Below are positions 21,287 through 30,989 of a stretch of DNA of 64,000 nucleotides, piece by piece. Each line of letters begins with the position of its first letter. The first letter of the stretch is position 1. The notes beneath the pieces are model-generated. The model saw only the letters and a program-made list of their open reading frames with translations, was not told the DNA's origin and did no database searches. The stretch comes from Clostridium sp. (lineage in GTDB: Bacteria > Bacillota > Clostridia > Clostridiales > Clostridiaceae), in contig JAHAIU010000002.1 of assembly GCA_018372555.1 (NCBI GenBank), forward strand, positions 3,308 to 67,307, read 5' to 3'. The position numbers and the translations under genes are program-made.

Positions 21287-22338
21287 TAAAATCCTCCATC
21301 TAATATTGCTCCAAATAAAGGTAGTATAAATATAAATAAAAAAATTACTACAAGACCTCCTATAATAACAACTGAAGCTGGTTGTAATATAGCCATATAT
21401 CTATTAATCTTAGATATAAGTCTTTTTTCTAAGTATATACTTAAAGATTCAAGCCTTTCATCCATAGATCCACCCTCTTCACCAAGCTTAATAATAGATT
21501 TTGTATAATTAGAATAACTACCCATTTTCCTAATAGCATCTGATATACTTTCACCCTTTAATATACTAGAGTTTAAGAAAGTAAATCTATGAATTAAATC
21601 TCTATTCTTAAAACTTGTAGATGAATAAACTAATCCATTAGATAAATTTATTCCACTTTTGACAATTATTGATAAAATTGAAATAAATACAAACTCATTA
21701 AATTCTTTGTAAATTCCAATTTTATTTAACAACCTAGGTAACTTATCTTTAAAAAAAGTTTTATAAAGTAAATAAGGAATTACTAGTCCCCAACATACAA
21801 GATATACTAGAAATATAAAAGGATTATCTTTTATAAAAATCGAAAGCTTATAACATAGGCTAGATATTAAAGGTTCATTTATATTTAAGCTACTATAGAA
21901 ATCATGAAAACTTGGTATAACATATAAAATCATAAAAATAGCTAATAATAAACATGACACTAATATAAAAATTGGATAAGACAAGGCATTCTTTATGGTA
22001 TTTTTTATAAAGTTTATTTTATCACAATATTTTTCAACTCCAATTAGGGCTTCATAGTGATTTCCACTTTTTTCTCCCATTGAAATCATCCCTATAAAAA
22101 ACTCTGGATATAAATCATCGTAATTCTTAAATGCATCACTTAGGGAATTTCCATTCAAAACTGAAAGCTTTATATTATCTATACTCTTTAAGTAATTCTT
22201 ATTTAAAGGTAACTCTTTAAGCAAATCAAAAATTAATATTAAAGAGATCCCTTCTTTATGCAAAATAGCCATATTACTAGAAATCAAACTTAAACTACTA
22301 TAATTAAACTTATTAAATGATAATTTTATTCTCTTCAT
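21286..22338 (-). CDS. PilC/GspF/ComGB family platform protein
   Basis: G.SLSDAF, GEKSG, GEEGG and ALSYP motifs; repeated T2SSF domains. Confidence 0.9.
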   Translation of the reverse strand: MKRIKLSFNKFNYSSLSLISSNMAILHKEGISLILIFDLLKELPLNKNYLKSIDNIKLSVLNGNSLSDAFKNYDDLYPEFFIGMISMGEKSGNHYEALIGVEKYCDKINFIKNTIKNALSYPIFILVSCLLLAIFMILYVIPSFHDFYSSLNINEPLISSLCYKLSIFIKDNPFIFLVYLVCWGLVIPYLLYKTFFKDKLPRLLNKIGIYKEFNEFVFISILSIIVKSGINLSNGLVYSSTSFKNRDLIHRFTFLNSSILKGESISDAIRKMGSYSNYTKSIIKLGEEGGSMDERLESLSIYLEKRLISKINRYMAILQPASVVIIGGLVVIFLFIFILPLFGAILDGGF

Positions 22339-23698
22339 AGTTTAATCCCTCTTCTAATAAAAAATTATTATAATCAAAATAAGTAATGTCTCCTCTTATA
22401 ATTAAATCATCTAAATTGTTAATCATCTCATAATTACTAAGTTCAATTATTTCCTGGAAAATATTTGAAATTAATTCCCTAATCTTTTCATCAATATAAA
22501 CTACAGAGCTTATAGCAGTTCTTCCTTTATAGCCAGTGTAGTTACATAGACTACAGCCCTTTTCTTTATAAGTCTTTATTTTTTTGTTCTTTAATAAAAC
22601 TTTCTTATTAACTTCTTTGCATTCACTACATAGTACTCTTATTAACCTCTGCGACACTATTCCAACTATTGAATCCTTTATTAAATATTGTTTAACTCCC
22701 ATATCCTCTAACCTATAATAGACTTCTCTAGGTGTTTTAGTATGAATTGTTGAATATACCTTATGACCTGTTAAAGAAGCTGTAACTACTAGGCTAGCTG
22801 TTTCCTCATCTCTTATTTCCCCTATCATTAATATATCTGGATCTTGTCTTAAAATACTTCTAAGTCCATTTGCAAAGGTTATATTAGCTTTTCTATTTAA
22901 ACTAACTTGATTAATACCTTTAATTAAAACTTCTACAGGATCTTCTATAGTGGTAATATTCACTTCACTTTTGTTTATTTCCTTCAGAATAGAATAAAGG
23001 GTTGTAGATTTTCCACTTCCTGTTGGTCCATTTATTAGAACTAACCCATTTTTTAAGGCTATTATTTTCCTAAGCTTTTCTCTTTGATTATTAGTCATAT
23101 TCAAGCTTTTTAAATCATGACTAAATATTTCTCCGTATAAAATTCTTATAACTAGCTTTTCTCCATAAGTAATTGGTATGGTTGATATCCTTAAATCATA
23201 ATTTTTTTCCTTTACAGTAATAGTTGACTTACCATCTTGTGGTCTACGCTTCTCAGTGATATCCATGTTAGCTAAGATTTTAATTCTAGATAAAAGTCTT
23301 AGATATTCTATATCTGTAATTTTACAGTATGAAATTAAAATACCATCTACCCTTATTCTAATTAAAATATCATTCTTTTGGGGCTCAAAGTGGATATCTG
23401 AAGCATAACTACATATAGCTTCCTCCATAATTTTATCAATTAAGTTCTCTTCCTCACCTAAAAATACTTTATCAATAAGATTTTTAATGTAATTTTCATC
23501 AGTGTTAATAAATTCAATCCCTCTATTATATAGAAACTCCAGTTCGGTTTTATCGTATGCTATATCTTCATTTCTAGCTAGAACTATAACCTTCTTATCT
23601 TTTATAGAAACAGGAACCATACAGTTTTCCATAGCCTTAAATTTATTAATTTTTCTTGCAATCTTTAAGTCAATTTGACTAATATCAATCTTCTTCAT
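22313..23698 (-). CDS. PilB/GspE/ComGA family assembly ATPase
   Basis: ASDIHFEP, GPTGSGKSTTLY, TIEDPVE and LRQDPD motifs; CSEC...CSLC zinc site. Confidence 0.93.
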   Translation of the reverse strand: MKKIDISQIDLKIARKINKFKAMENCMVPVSIKDKKVIVLARNEDIAYDKTELEFLYNRGIEFINTDENYIKNLIDKVFLGEEENLIDKIMEEAICSYASDIHFEPQKNDILIRIRVDGILISYCKITDIEYLRLLSRIKILANMDITEKRRPQDGKSTITVKEKNYDLRISTIPITYGEKLVIRILYGEIFSHDLKSLNMTNNQREKLRKIIALKNGLVLINGPTGSGKSTTLYSILKEINKSEVNITTIEDPVEVLIKGINQVSLNRKANITFANGLRSILRQDPDILMIGEIRDEETASLVVTASLTGHKVYSTIHTKTPREVYYRLEDMGVKQYLIKDSIVGIVSQRLIRVLCSECKEVNKKVLLKNKKIKTYKEKGCSLCNYTGYKGRTAISSVVYIDEKIRELISNIFQEIIELSNYEMINNLDDLIIRGDITYFDYNNFLLEEGLNYEENKIII

Positions 23699-23832
23699 TT
23701 AATCACCATTAGAATTATAGTCCATACTCTATGTTTTTAAACATAATTTAGGAATTTTTAACAATTAAAATTACTAATTAATATTGCCTCCTATAAATTT
23801 TATAGATTTAGAAATTTAAAAATCTATACTGC

Positions 23833-23864
23833 AAAAAAACTGCTATAAATTTTATTAGCAGTTT
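23833..23864 (-). terminator. Orphan intrinsic terminator upstream of the pilus operon
   Basis: AAACTGCTA/TAGCAGTTT stem with T7 on the minus strand. Confidence 0.65.
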
Positions 23865-24047
23865 CTTATTTTCTTAATCTATATCTAACAATCTTTCTAA
23901 ATCATAAGTAACTAACTCTGAATAAGATTTAACTTATCCTATATTCCAACTACTGATTAAATAACTTCTTATTCATTTCATCACTACTTTAATTAAATTC
24001 AAAGTTATAATATACTACTTAGGAAATATAAAATAATTATATTTCTA

Positions 24048-24090
24048 ATATTAATTAAGGGATACCCCCTAGGCATCCCTTAATTAATAT
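24048..24090 (-). terminator. Long hairpin terminator after the lipoprotein gene
   Basis: Perfect 15-bp inverted repeat ATATTAATTAAGGGA/TCCCTTAATTAATAT overlapping the stop codon. Confidence 0.7.
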
Positions 24091-25066
24091 CTATAAAATA
24101 ATATTTACCTTCATTAGCTTCAAGTTGTGATATAGTTCCATCTACAGAAATATATAATTTTTCTGTATTTTTATCATCTCCGCCTACAAATATTATATTC
24201 CCATCTTTATCTTTAGATAATCCTTTTTCAAGATTAATTAATTTAGGAAAATCATAAACTAATCTTTTTATTGAATCTTCACTATATTTGTACAAAGAGT
24301 AATTATTATTTTCAAGTCTACCTAGTATATATATTCCATCTTTAGTAACTTCAACATCACTTACTTCAACTATCTTATCTATTGTTTCTACTAATTCACC
24401 TTTATTATTTATTACTTTTAAGAATCTTTCCTTGTTGTCTTTCTCTTGAACAATAATTAAATTTTCCTCAATAGCTTCTAGATATTCTACATAGCCTAAA
24501 TCTAATTTAAATAATAAGTTCTCTTTCTTTTCAGAAACATTATAAGTAAAAATCCCATTATTCTTATTATTATCTATGCCATAATATACAAGGGTGTCTT
24601 CATTAATCCAGTCTATTAAGTCACCAGATATTATTACATCACTATTAAAATCAACATAAGTATTACTCTCAATATCCTTAATTTTCAAATCTAAATATCC
24701 ATCCTTAACAAAATAAGAAAGGTATTTACCTTTTAAGGATACCTTAGGTGATACAATTGCTTCATCTACCTCAACACTGTATTCTTTAGATAGACTATTA
24801 ATTTTAATCTGTCCATTATCATTAATAATAAAAGTTCCAGACTCTTCATCATAAGAGGTTATAATATAATCTGTATCTACAAGTTCATACTTATTATCTT
24901 TTAAATTATATATCTTATACTCTCCAGAATTTTCAATAGCAATTGCGCCTTTTGAAAGCTCAATTTTAGGTTCTTCTGGCTCAGTATTATTACAACCTAT
25001 TAAAGCTATATTTATTAATATAATAAAACCACTAAGGAAAACTTTTTTTCTCCCTTTTCTATTCAT
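24080..25066 (-). CDS. Hypothetical lipoprotein, beta-rich (propeller-like)
   Basis: Basic N-terminus, hydrophobic stretch, lipobox ALIG|C; start moved to ATG 25066. Confidence 0.75.
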   Translation of the reverse strand: MNRKGRKKVFLSGFIILINIALIGCNNTEPEEPKIELSKGAIAIENSGEYKIYNLKDNKYELVDTDYIITSYDEESGTFIINDNGQIKINSLSKEYSVEVDEAIVSPKVSLKGKYLSYFVKDGYLDLKIKDIESNTYVDFNSDVIISGDLIDWINEDTLVYYGIDNNKNNGIFTYNVSEKKENLLFKLDLGYVEYLEAIEENLIIVQEKDNKERFLKVINNKGELVETIDKIVEVSDVEVTKDGIYILGRLENNNYSLYKYSEDSIKRLVYDFPKLINLEKGLSKDKDGNIIFVGGDDKNTEKLYISVDGTISQLEANEGKYYFIDIN

Positions 25067-25077
25067 TTTATCCCTCT

Positions 25078-25899
25078 TTAATTTAATACTACACCGCTGC
25101 AAATAAATGTTGCTTCTCCAGTCATAAAAACATCATCATTTACTATTTCTACTATTAGATTACCACCTAATGTAGTTACTTTAGCTTTTGATTCACAAAG
25201 CCCTAGTTTATTTAAAGCTACTAAAGATGCACAGCAACCTGTTCCACAAGCTAGAGTTGCCCCAGCCCCTCTTTCCCAAGTTCTAACTTCTATGCTTTCT
25301 TTACTATATATCTTTACTAAATTTACATTAGTATTTTCTTTAAATAAATCATACTTTTCTATTATCTTTCCATCTTCCATAGAATATTCATTATTATTAA
25401 TCAAAATAGTATGGGGGACTCCCATTAATAATGATGTTAACTTATATTTTTTATTATTAATTTCTACAACTTCATCAATTAATTCATCCTTATTATTAAG
25501 CTTTATATCCTCACCTTTAAAACTTGGCTTCCCCATATTAACTCTTACTAACTCTACTTTATCATCTTTATTTATAAATAGCTCTGCAATTTTAACTCCA
25601 TCACCTGTTTCAATAGTTATATTTTCCTTTTTAACTATTCCTTCTTCATATAAATATTTGGCAAAACATCTAATAGCATTTCCACACATATTGGCCCTAG
25701 AACCATCACTATTTATTATTATCATCTTAGCATCAGCTAGATCAGAGTTTCTAATTATAACTAACCCATCTGCACCTATTCCAAATCTTCTATCACAAAC
25801 CTTTTTAGCAATTTCTATTTCGTCTTTTAAATAATTTTCTTCTTTATCTATTATAAAAATAAAATCATTTCCTAAGCCTTGCATCTTTATAAAATTCAT
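25078..25899 (-). CDS. dapF: Diaminopimelate epimerase
   Basis: GLGNDF, MCGNAIRC and ERGAGATLACGTG motifs. Confidence 0.96.
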   Translation of the reverse strand: MNFIKMQGLGNDFIFIIDKEENYLKDEIEIAKKVCDRRFGIGADGLVIIRNSDLADAKMIIINSDGSRANMCGNAIRCFAKYLYEEGIVKKENITIETGDGVKIAELFINKDDKVELVRVNMGKPSFKGEDIKLNNKDELIDEVVEINNKKYKLTSLLMGVPHTILINNNEYSMEDGKIIEKYDLFKENTNVNLVKIYSKESIEVRTWERGAGATLACGTGCCASLVALNKLGLCESKAKVTTLGGNLIVEIVNDDVFMTGEATFICSGVVLN

Positions 25900-25928
25900 A
25901 AAATCCCTCCCTTTAGCTTTATATGCCA

Positions 25929-25958
25929 TTGAAAAATATAATTACTAAATGTTATACT
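25929..25958 (+). promoter_or_regulatory. SigA promoter of rqcH
   Basis: TTGAAA-N18-TATACT with TG extension. Confidence 0.55.
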
Positions 25959-25993
25959 AACATTATGTTATTACCAAAGAAAGGATGATACTT

Positions 25994-27718
25994 ATGGCAT
26001 TGGATGGAATCTACCTATATAGTTTAGTATCTGATTTTAAAAAATCAATATTAAATTCTAAAATAGATAAAATAAATCAACCAGAAAAAGATGAAATAGT
26101 TTTAACTTTAAGGAAAGGAAGAGAAAATATTAAACTTCTAATATCTGCTTCTTCAAGATTTCCTAGAATTCATATTACTAATATAAGTAAACCAAACCCA
26201 CTTCAAGCACCTATGTTTACTATGGTAATGAGAAAGTACTTAATTGGTGGAAGAATAACTGATATTCTTCAATTAAATGGTGATAGAATTATAGAACTTC
26301 ATATAGAATCTACTGATGAACTTGGATTCAATAGCAAGTATATATTAGTTGTAGAAATTATGGGAAGGCATAGTAATATAACACTTGTAAGGGATAGAGA
26401 TAAAAAAGTTATGGAATGTATTAAACATTTATCTCTAGATAAAAATACTTACAGAGTATTATATCCAGGAGTAGAATATGTATATCCTCCAACATCAAGT
26501 AGGCTAAATCCTTTTGATTTTTCTTATGAAAGTTATAATTCTTATATTTTAACTAATGATATTCCTATAGATGAAAATATTTTTTCTAATATTTTTACTG
26601 GTATTAGCAAATCATTATCTAAGAATTTATATAAAAAATTCTCCTATGATAATAATACCATAAATAAGCAATCTTTTTATAATTCATTTAAAATTTTCAT
26701 AGAAAATATTGATAATATTTTTTCTTATAAGATTTATAAAGATGAAAAATCCTTTAAAGACTTTCACTGTGTAAATTTATTTAATTTAGATAAAGAATAT
26801 CAGGAAGTTGAATTTGATAATCCTAATATATTACTTGATAACTACTTTGCTACAAAAGATAAGCAAGATAGACTTAATAGTAGAAGTATAGATATGCAAA
26901 GACTTATTACAACTAATATAGAAAGATGTACCAATAAAGAAAAGAAATTAAAGGATATTTTAAAGGAATGTGCTAAAAAGGACTCTTATAAGATAAAGGG
27001 TGATTTATTAACTTCTTATATCTATATGATAAAAAGAGGTGAAAAAAATATAGAGGTATTAAATTTCTATAATGAAGAAAAGGAAGAGTATATTAAAATA
27101 GACTTAGATGAAAATAAAAGTCCATCTGAAAATGTGCAATCCTATTATAAAAAGTATAATAAACTAAAAAAATCAGAAGAATCTGCTATAGAGCAATTAG
27201 AAAAAAATAATGGAGAATTAGAATATCTTACTTCAGTTTTAACAAATATAATCAATTGTGAAAATTACGATGAAATAGATGAAATAAAAAAAGAGCTTGT
27301 TGAAACAGACTACTTAAGATTTAAAGGAAATAATAAAAATAAAAAATCAAAGCCATCAAAACCTATTCATCTAAAGTCTTCTGATGGAATAGATATTTAT
27401 ATTGGTAAAAACAATATCCAAAATGATAACTTAACTTTAAAATTTGCAAATAAAAATCACTACTGGCTTCATACAAAGAATATACCAGGATCTCATGTTA
27501 TATTATGTAGTGATAATCCTTCTGACATAGCTCTAGAAGAAGCTGCTAGCTTAGCTGCTTATTATAGCAAAGCTAAAAATTCCAGCAAGGTACCAGTTGA
27601 CTACACTAAAGTTAAAAATATTAAAAAGCCAAATGGTGCAAAACCAGGAATGGTAATTTACCATACAAACAATACAATATATATAGAACCTAAGTGCTGT
27701 AGCACAATGGAAAATTAA
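25994..27718 (+). CDS. rqcH: Ribosome quality control factor RqcH (NFACT / FbpA family)
   Basis: MALDG start, DR and EIMG motifs, coiled coil, GKNN.QND and WLH..NIPGSHV NFACT-R motifs. Confidence 0.94.
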   Translation: MALDGIYLYSLVSDFKKSILNSKIDKINQPEKDEIVLTLRKGRENIKLLISASSRFPRIHITNISKPNPLQAPMFTMVMRKYLIGGRITDILQLNGDRIIELHIESTDELGFNSKYILVVEIMGRHSNITLVRDRDKKVMECIKHLSLDKNTYRVLYPGVEYVYPPTSSRLNPFDFSYESYNSYILTNDIPIDENIFSNIFTGISKSLSKNLYKKFSYDNNTINKQSFYNSFKIFIENIDNIFSYKIYKDEKSFKDFHCVNLFNLDKEYQEVEFDNPNILLDNYFATKDKQDRLNSRSIDMQRLITTNIERCTNKEKKLKDILKECAKKDSYKIKGDLLTSYIYMIKRGEKNIEVLNFYNEEKEEYIKIDLDENKSPSENVQSYYKKYNKLKKSEESAIEQLEKNNGELEYLTSVLTNIINCENYDEIDEIKKELVETDYLRFKGNNKNKKSKPSKPIHLKSSDGIDIYIGKNNIQNDNLTLKFANKNHYWLHTKNIPGSHVILCSDNPSDIALEEAASLAAYYSKAKNSSKVPVDYTKVKNIKKPNGAKPGMVIYHTNNTIYIEPKCCSTMEN

Positions 27719-27917
27719 AAATGAAGAATAAAGAATTAATGAAAAAACTCCCTAAGGAGTTTTGAAATAATTAAAAGGGATGCTTTAAAGCATCCCTTTT
27801 ATATAATAATTATAATGTAAATTCTTTCGAAATTTTTATAATCATATTTTTGTAATTTGTAACAAATTATTTCCTAAATTGATAATTGTTAATTGTTAAC
27901 TGCTAATTGCTAATTGC
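27705..27917 (+). repeat. Complete two-armed heptamer-flanked element (MITE/REP-like)
   Basis: Left arm is five 7-mers + TGAAAAAACTCC-CTAA-GGAGTTTT. Right arm is AACAAATTATTTCCTA + six inverted 7-mers (AATTGAT AATTGTT AATTGTT AACTGCT AATTGCT AATTGC). Confidence 0.8.
27773..27800. terminator. Bidirectional terminator between rqcH and the THUMP methyltransferase
   Basis: Perfect 28-bp palindrome AAAAGGGATGCTTTAAAGCATCCCTTTT between convergent genes. Confidence 0.85.
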
Positions 27918-29075
27918 CTAAATGTGGTTTATAACCATATCTCCATTATTTTTAATTAATTCATTATCAAAATATTGATAATAATAACATTTTAGCTTAC
28001 CATTATATAATTTTCTATTTTTACTTGATTTAATATTGAAAGGACTTTCAAAATTTTCATAAGAAGTTAAGATATTAAAATCCCAGTTATTTAATTTTTT
28101 CTTATAACCACCAAATATCTTATATAGTTCTTCTACTTCTCTCTTTTCTCCAAGTCTTTCACCATAAGGAGGATTTGAAATTATAAATCCATATTTTTCT
28201 GCACTGGAGAATTCTTTAAAATCTCTTCTATGGAATTCAATATACTTTGATACACCTGCTTTTTCAGCATTGCTTCTAGCTACTTTAAGAATTCTTCCAT
28301 CAATATCATATCCTAATAGCTTTATATCTTTATGCTTTATTGCTCTTTCAGCACCTTCCCTTACTTGTTCAAATACATCTGCCTCCATAGTAGGCCAAGT
28401 TTCACAGGTAAAGGATCTACACATTCCAGGAGCAATATTTTGCATTATCATTGCAGCTTCAATTAATATAGTCCCTGAGCCACAAAATGGATCTACTAAA
28501 GCAAAATCTTCCTTCCATCTAGATATTAATACCATAGCCGCTGCTAATGTTTCTTTTAGTGGAGCTGCTCCAGCCTCTTCCCTATATCCTCTTTTGTGTA
28601 AGCCTGGTCCTGATGTATCTATTGTTAATGTTACAACATCTTTAAGAATTGCAACTTCTATTTTATATAAAGGACCATCTTCTGAAAAATGTGATACTCC
28701 ATAAGCTTCACTCATACTATCTACTATGGCCTTTTTTACTATAGATTGACAATCAGGCACACTATGTAAAGTTGACTTTACTGACTTACCATTAACATGC
28801 ATTATTCCATCTATAGGTATAAGCTCATTCCATTTTACCTTCTTAGTTCCTTGGAATAATTCTTCAAAGCTTCTTGCTTCAAATTCTGCCATCTTTATTA
28901 AAACTCTATCTGCTGTTCTTAAATGAATATTTGCAATTGCTATATCCATTTCATCACCAGTAAAATAAACCTTCCCATTTTCAGTTCTTAAATCCTCATA
29001 ACCTAATGCCTTTAATTCTTTTACAGTTATCCCTTCAAGTCCAAAGGTAGTGGTTGCAATTAAATCATATTCCAT
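27918..29075 (-). CDS. THUMP-domain rRNA methyltransferase (YpsC/RlmL-like)
   Basis: LHKRGYR, APLKETLAAA, DPFCGSGT and NPPYGERL motifs. Confidence 0.92.
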   Translation of the reverse strand: MEYDLIATTTFGLEGITVKELKALGYEDLRTENGKVYFTGDEMDIAIANIHLRTADRVLIKMAEFEARSFEELFQGTKKVKWNELIPIDGIMHVNGKSVKSTLHSVPDCQSIVKKAIVDSMSEAYGVSHFSEDGPLYKIEVAILKDVVTLTIDTSGPGLHKRGYREEAGAAPLKETLAAAMVLISRWKEDFALVDPFCGSGTILIEAAMIMQNIAPGMCRSFTCETWPTMEADVFEQVREGAERAIKHKDIKLLGYDIDGRILKVARSNAEKAGVSKYIEFHRRDFKEFSSAEKYGFIISNPPYGERLGEKREVEELYKIFGGYKKKLNNWDFNILTSYENFESPFNIKSSKNRKLYNGKLKCYYYQYFDNELIKNNGDMVINHI

Positions 29076-29090
29076 ATTCGTCTCCTTACA

Positions 29091-29624
<534 letters not shown>

Positions 29625-29635
29625 TTATTACACCT

Positions 29636-30547
29636 CTACTTCCTTAATGATTCTAATATTTTTTTAAAATAATCAGGTAATTCTGAATCAAATTCTATAT
29701 ATTCCTTACTTCTTGGATGAATAAATCCTAAAGATTTAGCATGTAGAACCTGACCACTTAATTTAAACTTCTGTTTCTTAAGTCCATATAAAGGGTCACC
29801 AACTAGTGGATGACCAATTGATGCCATATGTACTCTAATTTGATGGGTTCTTCCAGTTTCTAGATTAAATTTTACTAAAGAAGTTCCATTATTATATGTT
29901 TCTAATACCTTATAATGAGTAACTGCTCGCTTTCCATCTTCAACTATTGCCATCTTAAGTCTATCTTTTTTATTTCGTCCTAACGGCTTATCAACCATTC
30001 CTTCTTCTTTAGAGAATTTTCCTTCTACTAAAGCATAGTACTCTCTTTTTATACTATGTTCTTTAAATTGTTCAGATAAAAAATTATGTGCATCATCATT
30101 TTTAGCAATTACTAGTACTCCTGAAGTATCTTTATCAATTCTATGTACTATTCCTGGTCTAATTACTCCATTTATTCCTGATAAATCTTTGCAATGATAT
30201 AATAATCCATTAACTAAAGTACCTGAATAATTACCTGGCGCTGGATGAACAACCATTCCTTGAGGTTTATTTACTACTATTAAATCTTCATCCTCATATA
30301 CTATATTTAATTCTATTTCCTCAGGAATTACATTTAATTCAATTGGTTCTTTCATTAAAACAGTTACATTATCATTGTTTCTTAGCTTATAATTACTTTT
30401 TACATTTTTATTATTGACAAAAACATTACTCTCATCTATTAAACCTTGAATAAATGATCTAGATTTACCTTCAATCTGATTTGATAAATATTTATCTATT
30501 CTTTCTCCAACATTTTCTTCTGTTATTATAAAATTTATATTTTCCAT
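29636..30547 (-). CDS. RluA/RluD family pseudouridine synthase
   Basis: S4 domain, VHRIDKDTSG and ETGRTHQIRVH motifs. Confidence 0.95.
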   Translation of the reverse strand: MENINFIITEENVGERIDKYLSNQIEGKSRSFIQGLIDESNVFVNNKNVKSNYKLRNNDNVTVLMKEPIELNVIPEEIELNIVYEDEDLIVVNKPQGMVVHPAPGNYSGTLVNGLLYHCKDLSGINGVIRPGIVHRIDKDTSGVLVIAKNDDAHNFLSEQFKEHSIKREYYALVEGKFSKEEGMVDKPLGRNKKDRLKMAIVEDGKRAVTHYKVLETYNNGTSLVKFNLETGRTHQIRVHMASIGHPLVGDPLYGLKKQKFKLSGQVLHAKSLGFIHPRSKEYIEFDSELPDYFKKILESLRK

Positions 30548-30930
30548 ATGTTAACTCCACTTATCTATCTTTCAATTAATTGTTTACATTAATAGGATTT
30601 TATAAAATTAAAGTCTATAAAATTCTTTCTGTAAATATAAAAATTGAAAACATCCTTGATTTGTTTTTATACAAATTACTAAGATTGATTTTTTAAGATT
30701 ATTGTACTTAAATATTTTAAAAATACTATTTAAATTAAAAATTCCACATTTAAATACGTATAATTTATTGTAACCTTTATGTAATTATATGCACATTATA
30801 ATATATTGCAACTTTACACTCAATAGATAGAATAGATATTTTTATAATATAGTTCAATTAATAATCTACATTTTATTATTTAAATTTTTAAGATATGTAA
30901 ATTTTATAGAAATAGTATTATTTAAATATC

Positions 30931-30967
30931 TAATTTAATGAAAAGAAAAAACTCCCTAGGGAGCTTT
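30931..30967 (+). repeat. Type I arm of the element; probably doubles as the divIVA terminator
   Basis: TTAATGAAAAGAAAAAACTCC-CTAG-GGAGCTTT. Confidence 0.7.
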
Positions 30968-30989
30968 AAAAATCAAAATAAATAATATC

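Noticed and set aside
27719..27917. RNase P RNA next to the YpsC-like methyltransferase, as in Bacillus
   Set aside because: The interval is short and AT-rich, and it lacks the GAGGAAAGUC P4 motif.
29625..30989. PyrR-binding attenuator or lspA remnant upstream of rluA-pyrR
   Set aside because: No AGUCCAGAGAGGC-like loop was seen, and the frames I translated by hand showed no LspA motifs.
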